From contig CM097886.1 in assembly GCA_044892525.1 (NCBI GenBank), positions 103,912,001 to 103,976,000 on the forward strand: 64,000 nucleotides of DNA, written 5' to 3'. Shown here in pieces: positions 63,603-64,000 of the stretch (its first letter is position 1; each line of letters begins with the position of its first letter). The DNA is from Schmidtea polychroa. Lineage: Eukaryota. The notes beneath the pieces were generated by a model. That model had not been told where the DNA came from and did not search any database. It saw nothing but the letters and a program-made list of their open reading frames with translations. Made by a program: the position numbers and the translations under genes.

Positions 63603-64000
63603 TATAATTCACCAGTTGAGGTGAGTCACCATTTACGTGAAAATGAAGTTATTCAATTTCATTTACATGTATTCAATTTATTAAAAATGGTTTCAGGTAA
63701 TTTTTTTAATTTCAAGTAACTTTTAAGACTTGAATTTTGATTTTATATAATTATGAGATCATTATTCAAGTTCTTAAATATTACTGTTAGTCAGCATTTA
63801 TAATATAACATTAATAATTAAATTTCAGATGTTTTTTTAGGAATTATATGATATTTAATGCATTTATCTGGAATTATTTAGTTAAAATGTAAGTTAGATA
63901 TATTTTTAACTAAATAAATAAACTAATCACCGAATACATTAATTTTTTAATGCAATCTTCCAAATTCTTGGTAATTGTCCCCATTTTCAAAGGCATTAAT

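Overview
AT-rich eukaryotic (probably invertebrate metazoan) scaffold with five N-gaps in the first 29 kb. It is almost entirely transposon debris: Buster and other hAT, piggyBac, Tc1/pogo-type MITEs, MULE, Penelope-like and LTR-retrotransposon remnants. There is one recognisable host-type ORF (an RNF126/RNF115-like E3 ligase copy that has lost zinc ligands) and one compact orphan ORF. The dominant structure is a 14,502-bp near-palindromic element (40335-54836). It starts AGTAGGTAGATAGTAG, ends in the exact reverse complement and is flanked by a perfect 6-bp target-site duplication (TGAGGG), the hallmarks of a Polinton/Maverick. It encodes no recognisable protein. Instead it consists of two ~6-kb almost identical inverted arms built from stacked tandem-repeat modules around a ~2.4-kb core, with a 23-nt cis-motif conserved in three places. 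A diverged, roughly colinear ~1.3-kb miniature of the arm lies at ~22.2-23.5 kb. All protein assignments are by visual motif recognition; no database searches were run.
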